The notes beneath the pieces are model-generated. The model was not told where the DNA came from, did no database searches, and was given only the letters and a program-made list of their open reading frames with translations. Positions 36,510-45,263 of a stretch of 64,000 nt of DNA are shown here, in pieces. How positions within the stretch are numbered: position 1 is the first letter of the stretch; every line of letters starts with the position of its first letter. The DNA is from an uncultured Anaerolinea sp. Its GTDB lineage: Bacteria > Chloroflexota > Anaerolineae > Anaerolineales > Villigracilaceae. Made by a program: the position numbers and the translations under genes. Where the stretch lies: assembly GCA_964543585.1 (NCBI GenBank), contig CAZIYY010000001.1, positions 245 to 64,244 of the forward strand. Direction: 5' to 3'.

Positions 36510-37976
36510 TTAATAACCTAATCCAAACAATTTCATAAACACCTGCCACGAAAGGGACGGGTCGCTCAAAGCGAAGAAGACCCATCCGAGCGCGACGAAG
36601 TGAAAGGTAAGCAGCACTCCGCCAAATTGCAAAGCAGATTGAAAGCGGGCATTCTGCTGCAGTGCAGGGAAACGCAGGCGGATAAAGTCACTCCAGCGGT
36701 TTTGCAGGAAGAGTCCCAGTCCGTGCCATGCTCCCCATAAAATGAAGTTGAGCGTTACTCCATGCCACAAACCAATCAGTAACATTGTCGCCAGTTGACC
36801 AATCAGGATCATCATCCATGCGGGAATAGTTTTATAGCCGCGTATCCAGCGGTTGAAGGGATTGAAGAAATAGGATCGAAACCACTGGGTCAGAGTTATA
36901 TGCCAGCTGTTCCAGAACTGCGTAAGGTTGGGTTTGGTGTAGGGCGCGGAAAAGTTTTCAGGAAGTTTGATTCCAACGAGACGCGCGATGCCAATGGCAA
37001 TATCAGTATATCCGCTAAAGTCGAAGTAGATTTGAAACGTATATGAGTACAGGATGATCCACATCCAGCCCACGGTGCGGACTTGTGTGGCAAGCGCGTC
37101 GTTGAGCGCAATCAACGCCAGCGCATCCGCAATGACGAATTTTTTGAACAATCCGATGACAATGCGTTGACCTGCGTAAAGCGTTTCGTCTTGCGTGAGG
37201 ACGAAATCTTTTCGGAGGTCCTGGGCAACTCGTTCGGCGCGGTCTATGGGTCCCGCTGAAAGCGATGGGAAGAAAACAACGTAAGTCGCGAATTCAGGCA
37301 ATGTGAGTTCCGGGAGTCGTCCCACTTGTTTGTCCCGCACGCTTCCCGAAAGGGGGAATTGAGGCGTGCGGGATTTGTCGCGCAGAACGTGGATGAGGCG
37401 GAAGGCAATGTATGAGAAGCCGAGCCAGCGTAAATCCACTGCGGATGCGGTTTCAAGGGGCCGGCTTGCCAGGGTACGAAGGAAGACGCTGGTTTGCAAG
37501 GAGAGGAATGGAGACTTGAGGATTAGGAGAATTGTGATCAGGAAAACGATTGTGGTTGATAATATCCATGTGCGCGACAGGCGAGTGACAAATAAGATAA
37601 TGATCGCCGCAAGGACAATGAAAAGAACATATTGAATAAACTGTGGAGGAGTTGTGCCTGTGAGGAGCGAGTCGGGAAGAATATAGCGCGTAAGATCAAT
37701 GATTGTAACAAGCCCAACGATGATTATTAATCCGTATAAGTTTTGACGTAAGCGCCACGCGTCCGCTTGCGATGTGATGAACCAGGTGAGGATGACGAAT
37801 GTTAATGATAATGATGGCAGCCAGAAATCAAATGAACGCAATGGGACAACGGGCTGGAACCAATAAACAGCAAGCACGCTGAGGGCGAGCAACAGATACA
37901 TTCGAGACGCGCCACGCGTCAGCGCGCCAACAAGCAACGAGGTCAGAATCGAAGCGGCGATTTGTGTGAGTCCCAT
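36510..37976 (-). CDS. MBOAT-family membrane-bound O-acyltransferase (AlgI/DltB/PatA-like)
   Basis: 488 aa, polytopic. WNSWHITLTQWFRSYFFNPF and LIGLWHG carry the conserved MBOAT His. Confidence 0.85.
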   Translation of the reverse strand: MGLTQIAASILTSLLVGALTRGASRMYLLLALSVLAVYWFQPVVPLRSFDFWLPSLSLTFVILTWFITSQADAWRLRQNLYGLIIIVGLVTIIDLTRYILPDSLLTGTTPPQFIQYVLFIVLAAIIILFVTRLSRTWILSTTIVFLITILLILKSPFLSLQTSVFLRTLASRPLETASAVDLRWLGFSYIAFRLIHVLRDKSRTPQFPLSGSVRDKQVGRLPELTLPEFATYVVFFPSLSAGPIDRAERVAQDLRKDFVLTQDETLYAGQRIVIGLFKKFVIADALALIALNDALATQVRTVGWMWIILYSYTFQIYFDFSGYTDIAIGIARLVGIKLPENFSAPYTKPNLTQFWNSWHITLTQWFRSYFFNPFNRWIRGYKTIPAWMMILIGQLATMLLIGLWHGVTLNFILWGAWHGLGLFLQNRWSDFIRLRFPALQQNARFQSALQFGGVLLTFHFVALGWVFFALSDPSLSWQVFMKLFGLGY

Positions 37977-38007
37977 TTAGAAGTTTACCTGAGGCAGTTT
38001 TTTATCT

Positions 38008-38095
38008 TTGGCACAGAGATCACACACCTGCCCTGGCGGGCGGTGCCAGGGGAGAAAGCAGGAGAAAAACTCAAAGAACCCAGTGTTCTCTTTGG
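38008..38095. repeat. REP-C-like element
   Basis: TTGGCACAGAGATCAC...GAGAAAAACTCAAAGAACCCAGTGTTCTCTTTGG, with an internal CCCTGGC/GCCAGGG hairpin. Confidence 0.55.
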
Positions 38096-38192
38096 TTGAG
38101 TTGGTAACTTCATTTGGAAACCCCGATAGATTTCCAGATCGGACCGCCATCCGTTGTAAAGTTGTCTCCTTTGCCTTTGTGGTTAAAAATTT

Positions 38193-38594
38193 TCAACGTG
38201 TTCCGCATACCAGCCAATCGCCGCCTTCCTGTGTCACTTGATACGTGCGGACGGAGAGATCAAGTTCCTGGTCTTCGTTATCGTAACTGAGAATAATCCT
38301 GCCAGTGCAATGGACAAGGGCGATATCGCCATCCATGCCGGTTTGCGCGCAGGCTGCATCTTCGAGCCGCGCGGTGACGGCTTGAAACGAATCGAGTTCG
38401 ATGAGCGCGTCCCCCTCCCAGGCGCCGCAAACAAGTGTGGGGAGAAGCTCCGTATCTTTTTCGACGAGCGCGTTCAAATAATCTTCAACAGCTTTCGCGG
38501 GCGCGTCCGTGTTGGATACGCAGGCCGTCAGCAGTAAATTGACAACAAGTACAATGAACAAAATCAATAAAAGTTTTCGCACAGGAATCTCCAA
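38193..38594 (-). CDS. Hypothetical lipoprotein
   Basis: Signal/lipobox LLLTACVSN; 133 aa. No confident family. Confidence 0.55.
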   Translation of the reverse strand: MEIPVRKLLLILFIVLVVNLLLTACVSNTDAPAKAVEDYLNALVEKDTELLPTLVCGAWEGDALIELDSFQAVTARLEDAACAQTGMDGDIALVHCTGRIILSYDNEDQELDLSVRTYQVTQEGGDWLVCGTR

Positions 38595-38640
38595 TTCTTA
38601 ATTCAGGACGGGGATTATATTCGATTTTTTGGTGCGCTCC

Positions 38641-38763
38641 GTTGGTTGAGTAGGGCGATGGGTTGTCTCGCCTGTATCGAAACCAACATATTACATCAAT
38701 ACTTTTGGAATGTGGTGGTTTCGATACACCCTTCGCAACAAACGCTCGGGGCTACTCAACCAC
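38641..38763. repeat. Pair of REP-A units in inverted orientation
   Basis: 38641-38686 is GTTGGTTGAGTAGGGCG...TGTATCGAAACCAAC. 38715-38763 is GTGGTTTCGATACACCC...GGGGCTACTCAACCAC. Confidence 0.8.
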
Positions 38764-38770
38764 CAAAGTA

Positions 38771-39535
38771 TTATCCCCGCATGAAATATATGATGGAGAT
38801 CACCACCCCGATCACAACCACTGTCCATCTCAGCGCGGAGGGTTTAATGCGGCCCGCGAGTTTTCCCCCTAATGTCCCGCCGATCAACGCGCCAACTGCC
38901 ATTACCAGCGCGGCGGACCAAATGACCTGACCCGAAAAAATAAAGAAGATCGCCGCGGCAACATTGACGCTGAATGCAACTGCCTGTTTCAATGCGTTAA
39001 GACGCGTTAGCGAATCTTCGAGTGTCAGCCCCAATGCAGACAAAACGATCACACTCAAGCCTGCGCCGAAGTAGCCTCCATAAATGGATGCAAGCCCAAC
39101 AGGCAGCCACGTTAACTTTTCAAGCGTCGCGCCGTGACCTTCTCCTATGCGACGCGTCAACCAGGCACGGACGGGGTCTTGAATCGCAAGCAACCCCGAT
39201 GCAAGCAGAATGAGATACGGCACGAGTTCCTTGAATAATTTTTCGCCTGTCTGTAACAACAAGTAGCCGCCGACAACTCCGCCGATGATGCTGGCAGGGA
39301 CGATCAACCACAAACGATTTTTTTGCCCGCGCAGGTCGTTCCATTGCGCGAGAGTCCCGCCGAAATAGCCGGGACAAAGAGCGACGGTATTGGTCACATT
39401 CGCAGTCACGGCAGGGATGCCTAGAAACGTGAGCGTGGGAAATGTGATGAGCGTCCCGCCGCCCGCCAGCGCGTTGACCGCGCCCGCGGCGAGGGCGGCG
39501 AGCGCGGCGAGGATATAGTCGAGTCCGCTGAACAT
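38771..39535 (-). CDS. TauE/SafE-family anion exporter
   Basis: ATG at 39535 ([33 protein letters not shown]). The repeated Gly-rich TM pattern is typical of TauE/SafE. Confidence 0.8.
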   Translation of the reverse strand: MFSGLDYILAALAALAAGAVNALAGGGTLITFPTLTFLGIPAVTANVTNTVALCPGYFGGTLAQWNDLRGQKNRLWLIVPASIIGGVVGGYLLLQTGEKLFKELVPYLILLASGLLAIQDPVRAWLTRRIGEGHGATLEKLTWLPVGLASIYGGYFGAGLSVIVLSALGLTLEDSLTRLNALKQAVAFSVNVAAAIFFIFSGQVIWSAALVMAVGALIGGTLGGKLAGRIKPSALRWTVVVIGVVISIIYFMRG

Positions 39536-40024
39536 GAGGGGATGATTTTCCTTTATTGGGATCTGGAGGAAGTATAGCATTGGATTCAGGGGACAAACGT
39601 CTGGGCGCGTTATCAACTTGCTCAACGCTCCTCAGAACCGACAGTTTTGCTTCCCGCCCAATGACCTCTCGCGGCGGATTTGATCCTGGTAATGGATCGC
39701 GGAAGAATCGTCGAAGGCGGCACGTTCGAACGATTATCCCAAAGCGAGAAAGGAGGTGAAGGCAGGTTACGACATAACGCAATATCAAATTGCTGCAAGT
39801 TCATAGATTTTTTGGTTACTCAATAGACATATTTCATTTCCCAATTTTACATCTGATATACCTGTTTCAACGGTGTGATGAGATTCAATATAAGGACACG
39901 TTCAAGGTTCCATCTGGAAGCGATTTTTTGGATTACGACTCGCTTACATTCGTCTTTCGCTTCGCACACGCCCAAGGTTAATTCCGTGTTTACCTATCTA
40001 CAGGTTTCCCTGTATACTCTCCCC

Positions 40025-41131
40025 ATGCTCAAACTTCCTGGACTGATTGACCCTCACGTCCATTTCCGCGAACCTGGCGCGACCCACAAAGAGGACTGGG
40101 ACTCCGGCACATCTGCCGCGCTGGCAGGCGGTGTGACGATGGTTCTGGCGATGCCCAACACGAATCCGCCAATCTTTGATTCAACGACTCTTGATCTTGC
40201 CCTCAACGCCGCGAGAAATAAAGCGCGTTGCGACTACGCCCAATACATCGGCGCGGGACCAGATAATTCAGATATTGCCGCATCACTCGCAGGGACATCT
40301 GCTGGGCTAAAGATGTACCTTGATTCAACCTTCGGCGAACTCCGCCTCGATGACATGACCCTCTGGATGCCGCACTTCGAAAAATACCCAAAACAATATC
40401 CCATCGTCGTACATGCTGAAAGTCGAAGCATGGCGGCCGCGATTTTGTTTGCCGCCATTTACGATAGACCGGTCCACATCGCGCACATCTCATTGAAAGA
40501 AGAAGTTCTGCTCATCAAAGCCGCGAAAGAAAAAGGAATCAAGGTGACGTGTGAGGTGTCTCCGCATCATTTGTTCCTAAATAACGAAGACCTGACAGGT
40601 TTTGGAAACCTGTCAGGTCTAACATTTGGAAGAAAAGAGGTTCGCCCCAGATTAGCATCTAAAAAAGATATGAATGCGCTCTGGGAGAATCTCGATGTGA
40701 TTGATTGCTTCGCCACTGACCATGCGCCGCACACTTTAGAAGAAAAGGACTCGGATAATCCGCCCCCAGGTTTTCCAGGACTTGAAACTATCCTGCCTCT
40801 GCTTCTTACTGCCATCAGCGAAGGCCGACATAGTGCCCGAAGGGTATTAACCATTAACCAGATTTTTGAAAAAATGTATACCAACCCTCGCAAGATATTC
40901 AACCTCCCAGAACAACCCGAAACGTGGATCGAAGTGGACGAGAACGCTGAATACGAGGTCAAAGCTGAGAATCAATTCACGCGCTGTGGCTGGACTCCGT
41001 TCGAGGGCTGGAAGGTGAAAGGTAAAGTGAGAAAAGTTGTCTCACGTGGTAAAGCAGCCTTTGAAGATGGAAAGATTTTAGTGGAACCTGGGTTTGGAAA
41101 AAATATTCGTTTATTGGAAGGTAAGTTATGA
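40025..41131 (+). CDS. pyrC: Dihydroorotase
   Basis: The ATG at 40025 gives MLKLPGLIDPHVHFREPG. Also present are SPHHLFL and DCFATDHAPHTLEEK. The protein resembles CAD-like dihydroorotases. Confidence 0.9.
   Translation: MLKLPGLIDPHVHFREPGATHKEDWDSGTSAALAGGVTMVLAMPNTNPPIFDSTTLDLALNAARNKARCDYAQYIGAGPDNSDIAASLAGTSAGLKMYLDSTFGELRLDDMTLWMPHFEKYPKQYPIVVHAESRSMAAAILFAAIYDRPVHIAHISLKEEVLLIKAAKEKGIKVTCEVSPHHLFLNNEDLTGFGNLSGLTFGRKEVRPRLASKKDMNALWENLDVIDCFATDHAPHTLEEKDSDNPPPGFPGLETILPLLLTAISEGRHSARRVLTINQIFEKMYTNPRKIFNLPEQPETWIEVDENAEYEVKAENQFTRCGWTPFEGWKVKGKVRKVVSRGKAAFEDGKILVEPGFGKNIRLLEGKL
40588..40620. repeat. Perfect 15-bp-stem hairpin inside the pyrC coding region
   Basis: AGACCTGACAGGTTT-TGG-AAACCTGTCAGGTCT, encoding DLTGFGNLSGL. 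Confidence 0.85.
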
Positions 41132-41961
41132 AAATTCATGCAATTCAAACTGGCACGGTTGAGGTCAAGAAAAATCAAGTAATTGGCAAGGGACCCAAAG
41201 CAGTACGCTTGATCAATGTCCTACTTGGCACTACATGGGTGGAACCCATACCGATTTTGGCATGGGCAATCGAGCATAAAGAAGGCGTTATTGTAGTTGA
41301 TACAGGCGAAACAGCGCGGACTTCTGAACCTGGTTACTTTCCGCGCTGGCAACCCTACTATAAGTTTGCGGTTCGATTCCATGTAAAACCTGAGCAGGAG
41401 ATCGGCGCCCAATTAAAGCAAATGGGGATCACCCCGAAGGATGTGAGGAAAGTTATTTTGACTCACATGCACACCGACCATGCAGGCGGACTGCATCATT
41501 TTCCTGTAAGCAAGATTTATGTAAACATGCCCGAATATAAACGTACATTTGGCTTCCAGGGACAGTTAATTGGATATATTCCACAGCGTATGCCCGCATG
41601 GTTGTCGCCAACTGCCATCGTCCTTGACAATAAAGGATTTGGACCTTTTCGAAAAATCTGGGATGTCACCAGCAACGGCGATGTAAAAGCCGTCACAACA
41701 GAGGGGCATACACCTGCACATATTTCGGTGATTGTTACCATCGATGATATACACTATTTTCTGGCAGGTGATACAAGTTATTCAGAAGAAAACCTGCTCC
41801 AAAAAATCGCGGACGGTGTCAGCCCTGACCCAAATCAGGCAATTGACACCATGCGAAACATTTTGAGCTTTGCGAGCCAGCATCCAACTGTATATTTGCC
41901 AACTCATGATCCGAACTCCGAATTGCGCTTGAAAAACAAGACAACGCTTTCTATCAGGTAA
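41128..41961 (+). CDS. MBL-fold metallo-hydrolase (lactonase-like)
   Basis: HxHxDH motif THMHTDHAGG and a later EGHTPAH. The start overlaps the pyrC stop. Confidence 0.85.
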   Translation: MKIHAIQTGTVEVKKNQVIGKGPKAVRLINVLLGTTWVEPIPILAWAIEHKEGVIVVDTGETARTSEPGYFPRWQPYYKFAVRFHVKPEQEIGAQLKQMGITPKDVRKVILTHMHTDHAGGLHHFPVSKIYVNMPEYKRTFGFQGQLIGYIPQRMPAWLSPTAIVLDNKGFGPFRKIWDVTSNGDVKAVTTEGHTPAHISVIVTIDDIHYFLAGDTSYSEENLLQKIADGVSPDPNQAIDTMRNILSFASQHPTVYLPTHDPNSELRLKNKTTLSIR

Positions 41962-42082
41962 TGACCATGCGAAATATCATGGAGATAAAATGGACGTGAG
42001 GAAAGTCGTCTTTGAAGATTGGAAGATTTTAGCGGAAACAGCTTATAGCCAGACTGTTCGCGAGCAATAACGACGGAGAGTA

Positions 42083-42637
42083 ATGATGCAACTTGAAACC
42101 AAACGATTGGTTTTGCGGGAATTTGTGAAGGATGATTGGCAGGCAGTGTTGGCTTATCAGTCCGACCCGCTCTATTTGCGTTATAACGATTGGACAGAAA
42201 GAACGCCAGAGGCGGTGCAGGAATTTATTGGCATGTTCCTAAACCATCAACAACAGGAACCGCGCACAAAATTCCAACTGGCGGTTGTTTTGAAATCAAA
42301 CAATCAACTGATTGGGAACTGCGGCGTCCGCATGGAGAAAGCTCACGCGCATGAAGCGGATATTGGCTACGAATTATCCCCAAAACACTGGAATCAGGGT
42401 TACGCAACGCAGGCAACACACGCTATTGTGGATTTTGGATTCAGCCACTTTGGGGTGAATCGTATTTGGGCAAACTGTGTTGCTGACAATGTTGGCTCGG
42501 CGCACGTCTTGGAAAAACTGGGCATGAAACTCGAAGGTCGACTTCGTGAAAACAAATACTTCAAAGGCAGGTGGTGGGACACTTTGATCTACGCCATTCT
42601 CGTTGATGAGTGGAAGGCGCATAAAGATGTTAAGTAG
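42083..42637 (+). CDS. GNAT-family N-acetyltransferase (RimJ/RimL-like)
   Basis: LETKRLVLREF...; the acetyl-CoA site region is WNQGYATQA. The length of 184 aa fits the family. Confidence 0.85.
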   Translation: MMQLETKRLVLREFVKDDWQAVLAYQSDPLYLRYNDWTERTPEAVQEFIGMFLNHQQQEPRTKFQLAVVLKSNNQLIGNCGVRMEKAHAHEADIGYELSPKHWNQGYATQATHAIVDFGFSHFGVNRIWANCVADNVGSAHVLEKLGMKLEGRLRENKYFKGRWWDTLIYAILVDEWKAHKDVK

Positions 42638-42720
42638 TGTCGTCGCATGTTACCAAGCTTGTGCCGATGGGAAGATTCTCGTCGAGGCGGGGTACGGGAG
42701 AAATGTGAGGGATTTATAGA

Positions 42721-43281
42721 ATGAGTAACAACATATATCTTGTCTTTATAGATGAAACAGGATTTATGCTTGACCCGTTAATCCGACGATCTTGGTCTCC
42801 TCGTGGGCATACTCCTATTATGAAAGTATCAGAATCACCTCATGATCGAATATCGGTCATAGGTGCCATGACAATCCAACTTAAACCAAGGCAGTTGGGC
42901 TTTTTATTTCATCTCTCGCAAGATAATACTAATTTTCGCGGACACACCATAGTTCCCTTTCTTGATCGCTTACATAACAATCTTAATGCTGATATTAGAT
43001 TGGTCTGGGATTCAATCAAAATTCACACTGCAGAGCCTGTGAATAATTATTTTGCCTCTCATCCAGAATTTAGAGTGTTTTTCTTCCCAGAATATGCTCC
43101 AGAATTAAATCCTGTTGATAACGTTTGGGGATATGTCAAACACGATCGTTTAGCCAATTTCTGCCCTCATAATCTTGTAGAACTTCGCAGGCGCGTTAAA
43201 GCCGAATTATTCAGGGTGCAAAAGATGCCAAATTTGCTAGAGTCCTTGTTTCGTCATACGGGTCTTGATCTTGATACCTAA
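42721..43281 (+). pseudogene. IS630-family transposase, DDE (DDE_3) domain only; no HTH part on this strand
   Basis: VFIDETGF, WDSIKIHT, and FFPEYAPELNPVDNVWGYVKH (the D,D,E region of IS630/Tc1-type transposases). The frame is closed by a TGA at 42706. Confidence 0.75.
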
Positions 43282-43297
43282 CGTAGCTTTTATAAAG

Positions 43298-43431
43298 TTA
43301 TGCCCCTTTTTTTATACTCCGCCAAATATATCTTTTCCAATGTTTTATGGCTTCATCATCTCGCTGTATCGCCTGTCGTCGAGGACGCTGGTTGCTCCAA
43401 CCCATGTGTTTCATGATGTGCCATACTGAAC
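43298..43431 (-). pseudogene. Second piece of a disrupted IS630-family transposase N-terminal (HTH) region
   Basis: The minus strand reads ...SSVWHIMKHMGWSNQRPRRQAIQRDDEAIKHWKRYIWRSIKK. This continues the ORF at 44635..44966 once the inserted IS and one TA copy are removed. Confidence 0.7.
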
Positions 43432-43433
43432 TA

Positions 43434-44632
43434 TAGTGGTTAAGAAAAATATTTTGAAAGATTAAGCAGACAAATGCTTGGTGTAGACACCCATCAGGCG
43501 CAAGATTTCATGCGATTGGTCTGCCAACACTTTCAGGGCATCCTCGACTGACTGAATCAATTTGACAAACTCTGCAAAGTAGCGATTATGAGTGGCTTTG
43601 GTTTTGACCTTCTTCCACAGGTACTCAATTGGATTGTAATCTGGCGAGTAAGAAGGCAGTTGGTACACAACGAGCCGGTCTTTGTGTTGTTCAAAGAACT
43701 CACGAGTGGCTTTGCTGGTGTGATAACGAGCGCCATCCTGGATCAGGATGATTTTGCCAGAGACCTGAGACAGCAAATGCAATAGAAAAGATTGATAACC
43801 ATCACTTTGAAATCGCGCCTCCGTTCCTTGATAAACCAGGCGACCACTGAAAAACTCAATTGCGCCAAAGACCTTGTAGCCCTTGCGCAAGCCAGTAGTC
43901 TTGACTTGTGGCTGCTGTCCTTTGCGAGCCCAAGTGTAGGACAAAGAACCCCACAAGGCAAAACTGGCTTCGTCGCCAAAGTACAAAGGCGCGCCCAGTT
44001 GTTTGGCTTGCCTCAAAATCTTGGGAAACTCCTTCTGCATCCAGCGTTGTCGGGCTTCCTCATCCAAATGATCCGATACAAAACGAGCCTTCTGGAAAGA
44101 GAAACCCAAGTTGCGCAACAACTCGCACACATAAAAACGGTTGTACAAAACATGAAACTTCTGATAAATCAAGTCCTGAATCAATACACTCGTCCAACAA
44201 CCGGTCATATAGCCACAGGCCTCTGGTCCGTCTTCGATGCATTTCGACAAATCCTGCTTTTGCGATTTGGTCAAGCGCGGCGGGCGTCCAGGCGCTTTTG
44301 GGTATTCCAAACTGTCCCAACGATAGGCAAGAAAATCATTCAGCCAGTTATAGACCGTTTGCTGCGATACATTCCAAATCAACAGAATGGTTTCCAATGC
44401 AATTCTGCCTCCAATCATAATCAACACCGACAGACGTCGCACCGCACGCACATCGCCGCGCGTATATGCCTTCTCCAATTCCTGTTTCAACTGCTTGACA
44501 TGTGCTCTGGAAAAAGTTATTCTAGCCATGGGATGTCTCCTTTTGCCTCGGATTGTCAGTCTTTGGCACAAGCATAAGACATCCCTCTCTCTTTTCAAAG
44601 TCCAAATTTCAAAATCTTTTTCTTAAGATCTA
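43434..44632 (-). mobile_element. Intact-looking IS630-family insertion sequence (~1.2 kb) with TA target-site duplication
   Basis: Terminal inverted repeats are TAGTGGTTAAGAAAAATATTTTGAAA and, on the reverse complement, TAGATCTTAAGAAAAAGATTTTGAAA. TA lies at 43432-43433 and at 44633-44634. It carries a single full-length transposase ORF. Confidence 0.8.
43462..44529 (-). CDS. IS630-family transposase (HTH + DDE_3), full length
   Basis: N-terminal wHTH (IWNVSQQTVYNWL), GDEASFAL, LIQDGARYHTSK, and LPSYSPDYNPIEYLWKKVK. ATG at 44529. Confidence 0.85.
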   Translation of the reverse strand: MARITFSRAHVKQLKQELEKAYTRGDVRAVRRLSVLIMIGGRIALETILLIWNVSQQTVYNWLNDFLAYRWDSLEYPKAPGRPPRLTKSQKQDLSKCIEDGPEACGYMTGCWTSVLIQDLIYQKFHVLYNRFYVCELLRNLGFSFQKARFVSDHLDEEARQRWMQKEFPKILRQAKQLGAPLYFGDEASFALWGSLSYTWARKGQQPQVKTTGLRKGYKVFGAIEFFSGRLVYQGTEARFQSDGYQSFLLHLLSQVSGKIILIQDGARYHTSKATREFFEQHKDRLVVYQLPSYSPDYNPIEYLWKKVKTKATHNRYFAEFVKLIQSVEDALKVLADQSHEILRLMGVYTKHLSA

Positions 44633-44634
44633 TA

Positions 44635-44966
44635 GGATGATACTGCACCTTAAATTTGTCCCAAATCAAACCAGCAATGCGATCCAATGTCCAGTAAACT
44701 TCTGTATATCCCTGCGCCTGTGCACCTTGCATTAATTCTTCCCTCAATTTTGCTAGTTGCACGTCTGACAATCGCCTCGGGCGTCCTAACGGACGACAAT
44801 CACTTTTATCTGGCGGTTCTTTGGCTTCTTTCTTCCAGCGATGAATACTACGCTCGGTGACGCCAATGATTCTCGACACTTCCGTTACCCGCTTTCCGCT
44901 ATCAATGAGTTCTAACGCACGCCTACGTCGTTTTGCTAATTGCTCACTTTTTCCAAGAGGTCTCAT
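44635..44966 (-). pseudogene. First piece (HTH region) of a disrupted IS630-family transposase gene, split by the IS at 43434-44632
   Basis: VSRIIGVTERSIHRWKKE and LGRPRRLSDVQLAKLREEL...WTLDRIAGLIWDKFKVQYHP. The reading frame runs into the inserted element. Confidence 0.75.
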
Positions 44967-45164
44967 GTTCCTTATTATTACACACGTCTTTAATTAATTT
45001 CTTAGAATTTGATGATCTTATGGAATGTAAATGTTGAAGAATTGTAAAGTATGTAATGGAATTTTTATCGGAATCCGCCTCACCCGTCGCGCGAGTCCGA
45101 GCGGAGAAATGTTGAAGCGTAGAAAAATGTGATTCAACGGGATTCCGTTACCAGCGTGCAATCA

Positions 45165-45247
45165 GGTCTCGATACGCCCCAAAAAGCATGGGGCTACTCG
45201 ACCACCGCCAATCTCCAATCTCTAATTACCAATCACCAATTACCACT
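45165..45247. repeat. REP-A unit followed by a CCAATCTCC/AATTACC short-period repeat tract
   Basis: 45165-45206 is GGTCTCGATACGCCCC...GGGGCTACTCGACCACC. 45207-45247 is CCAATCTCCAATCTCTAATTACCAATCACCAATTACCAC. Confidence 0.8.
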
Positions 45248-45263
45248 TACAAAGGAGTAACTT

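Noticed and set aside
41990-42070. 26-codon ORF (MDVRKVVFEDWKILAETAYSQTVREQ) as a truncated 5' duplicate of the downstream GNAT gene
   Set aside because: The similarity to the GNAT N-terminus (LVLREFVKDDWQAVLAYQSD) is weak and the ORF is very short. It cannot be distinguished from chance without a search.
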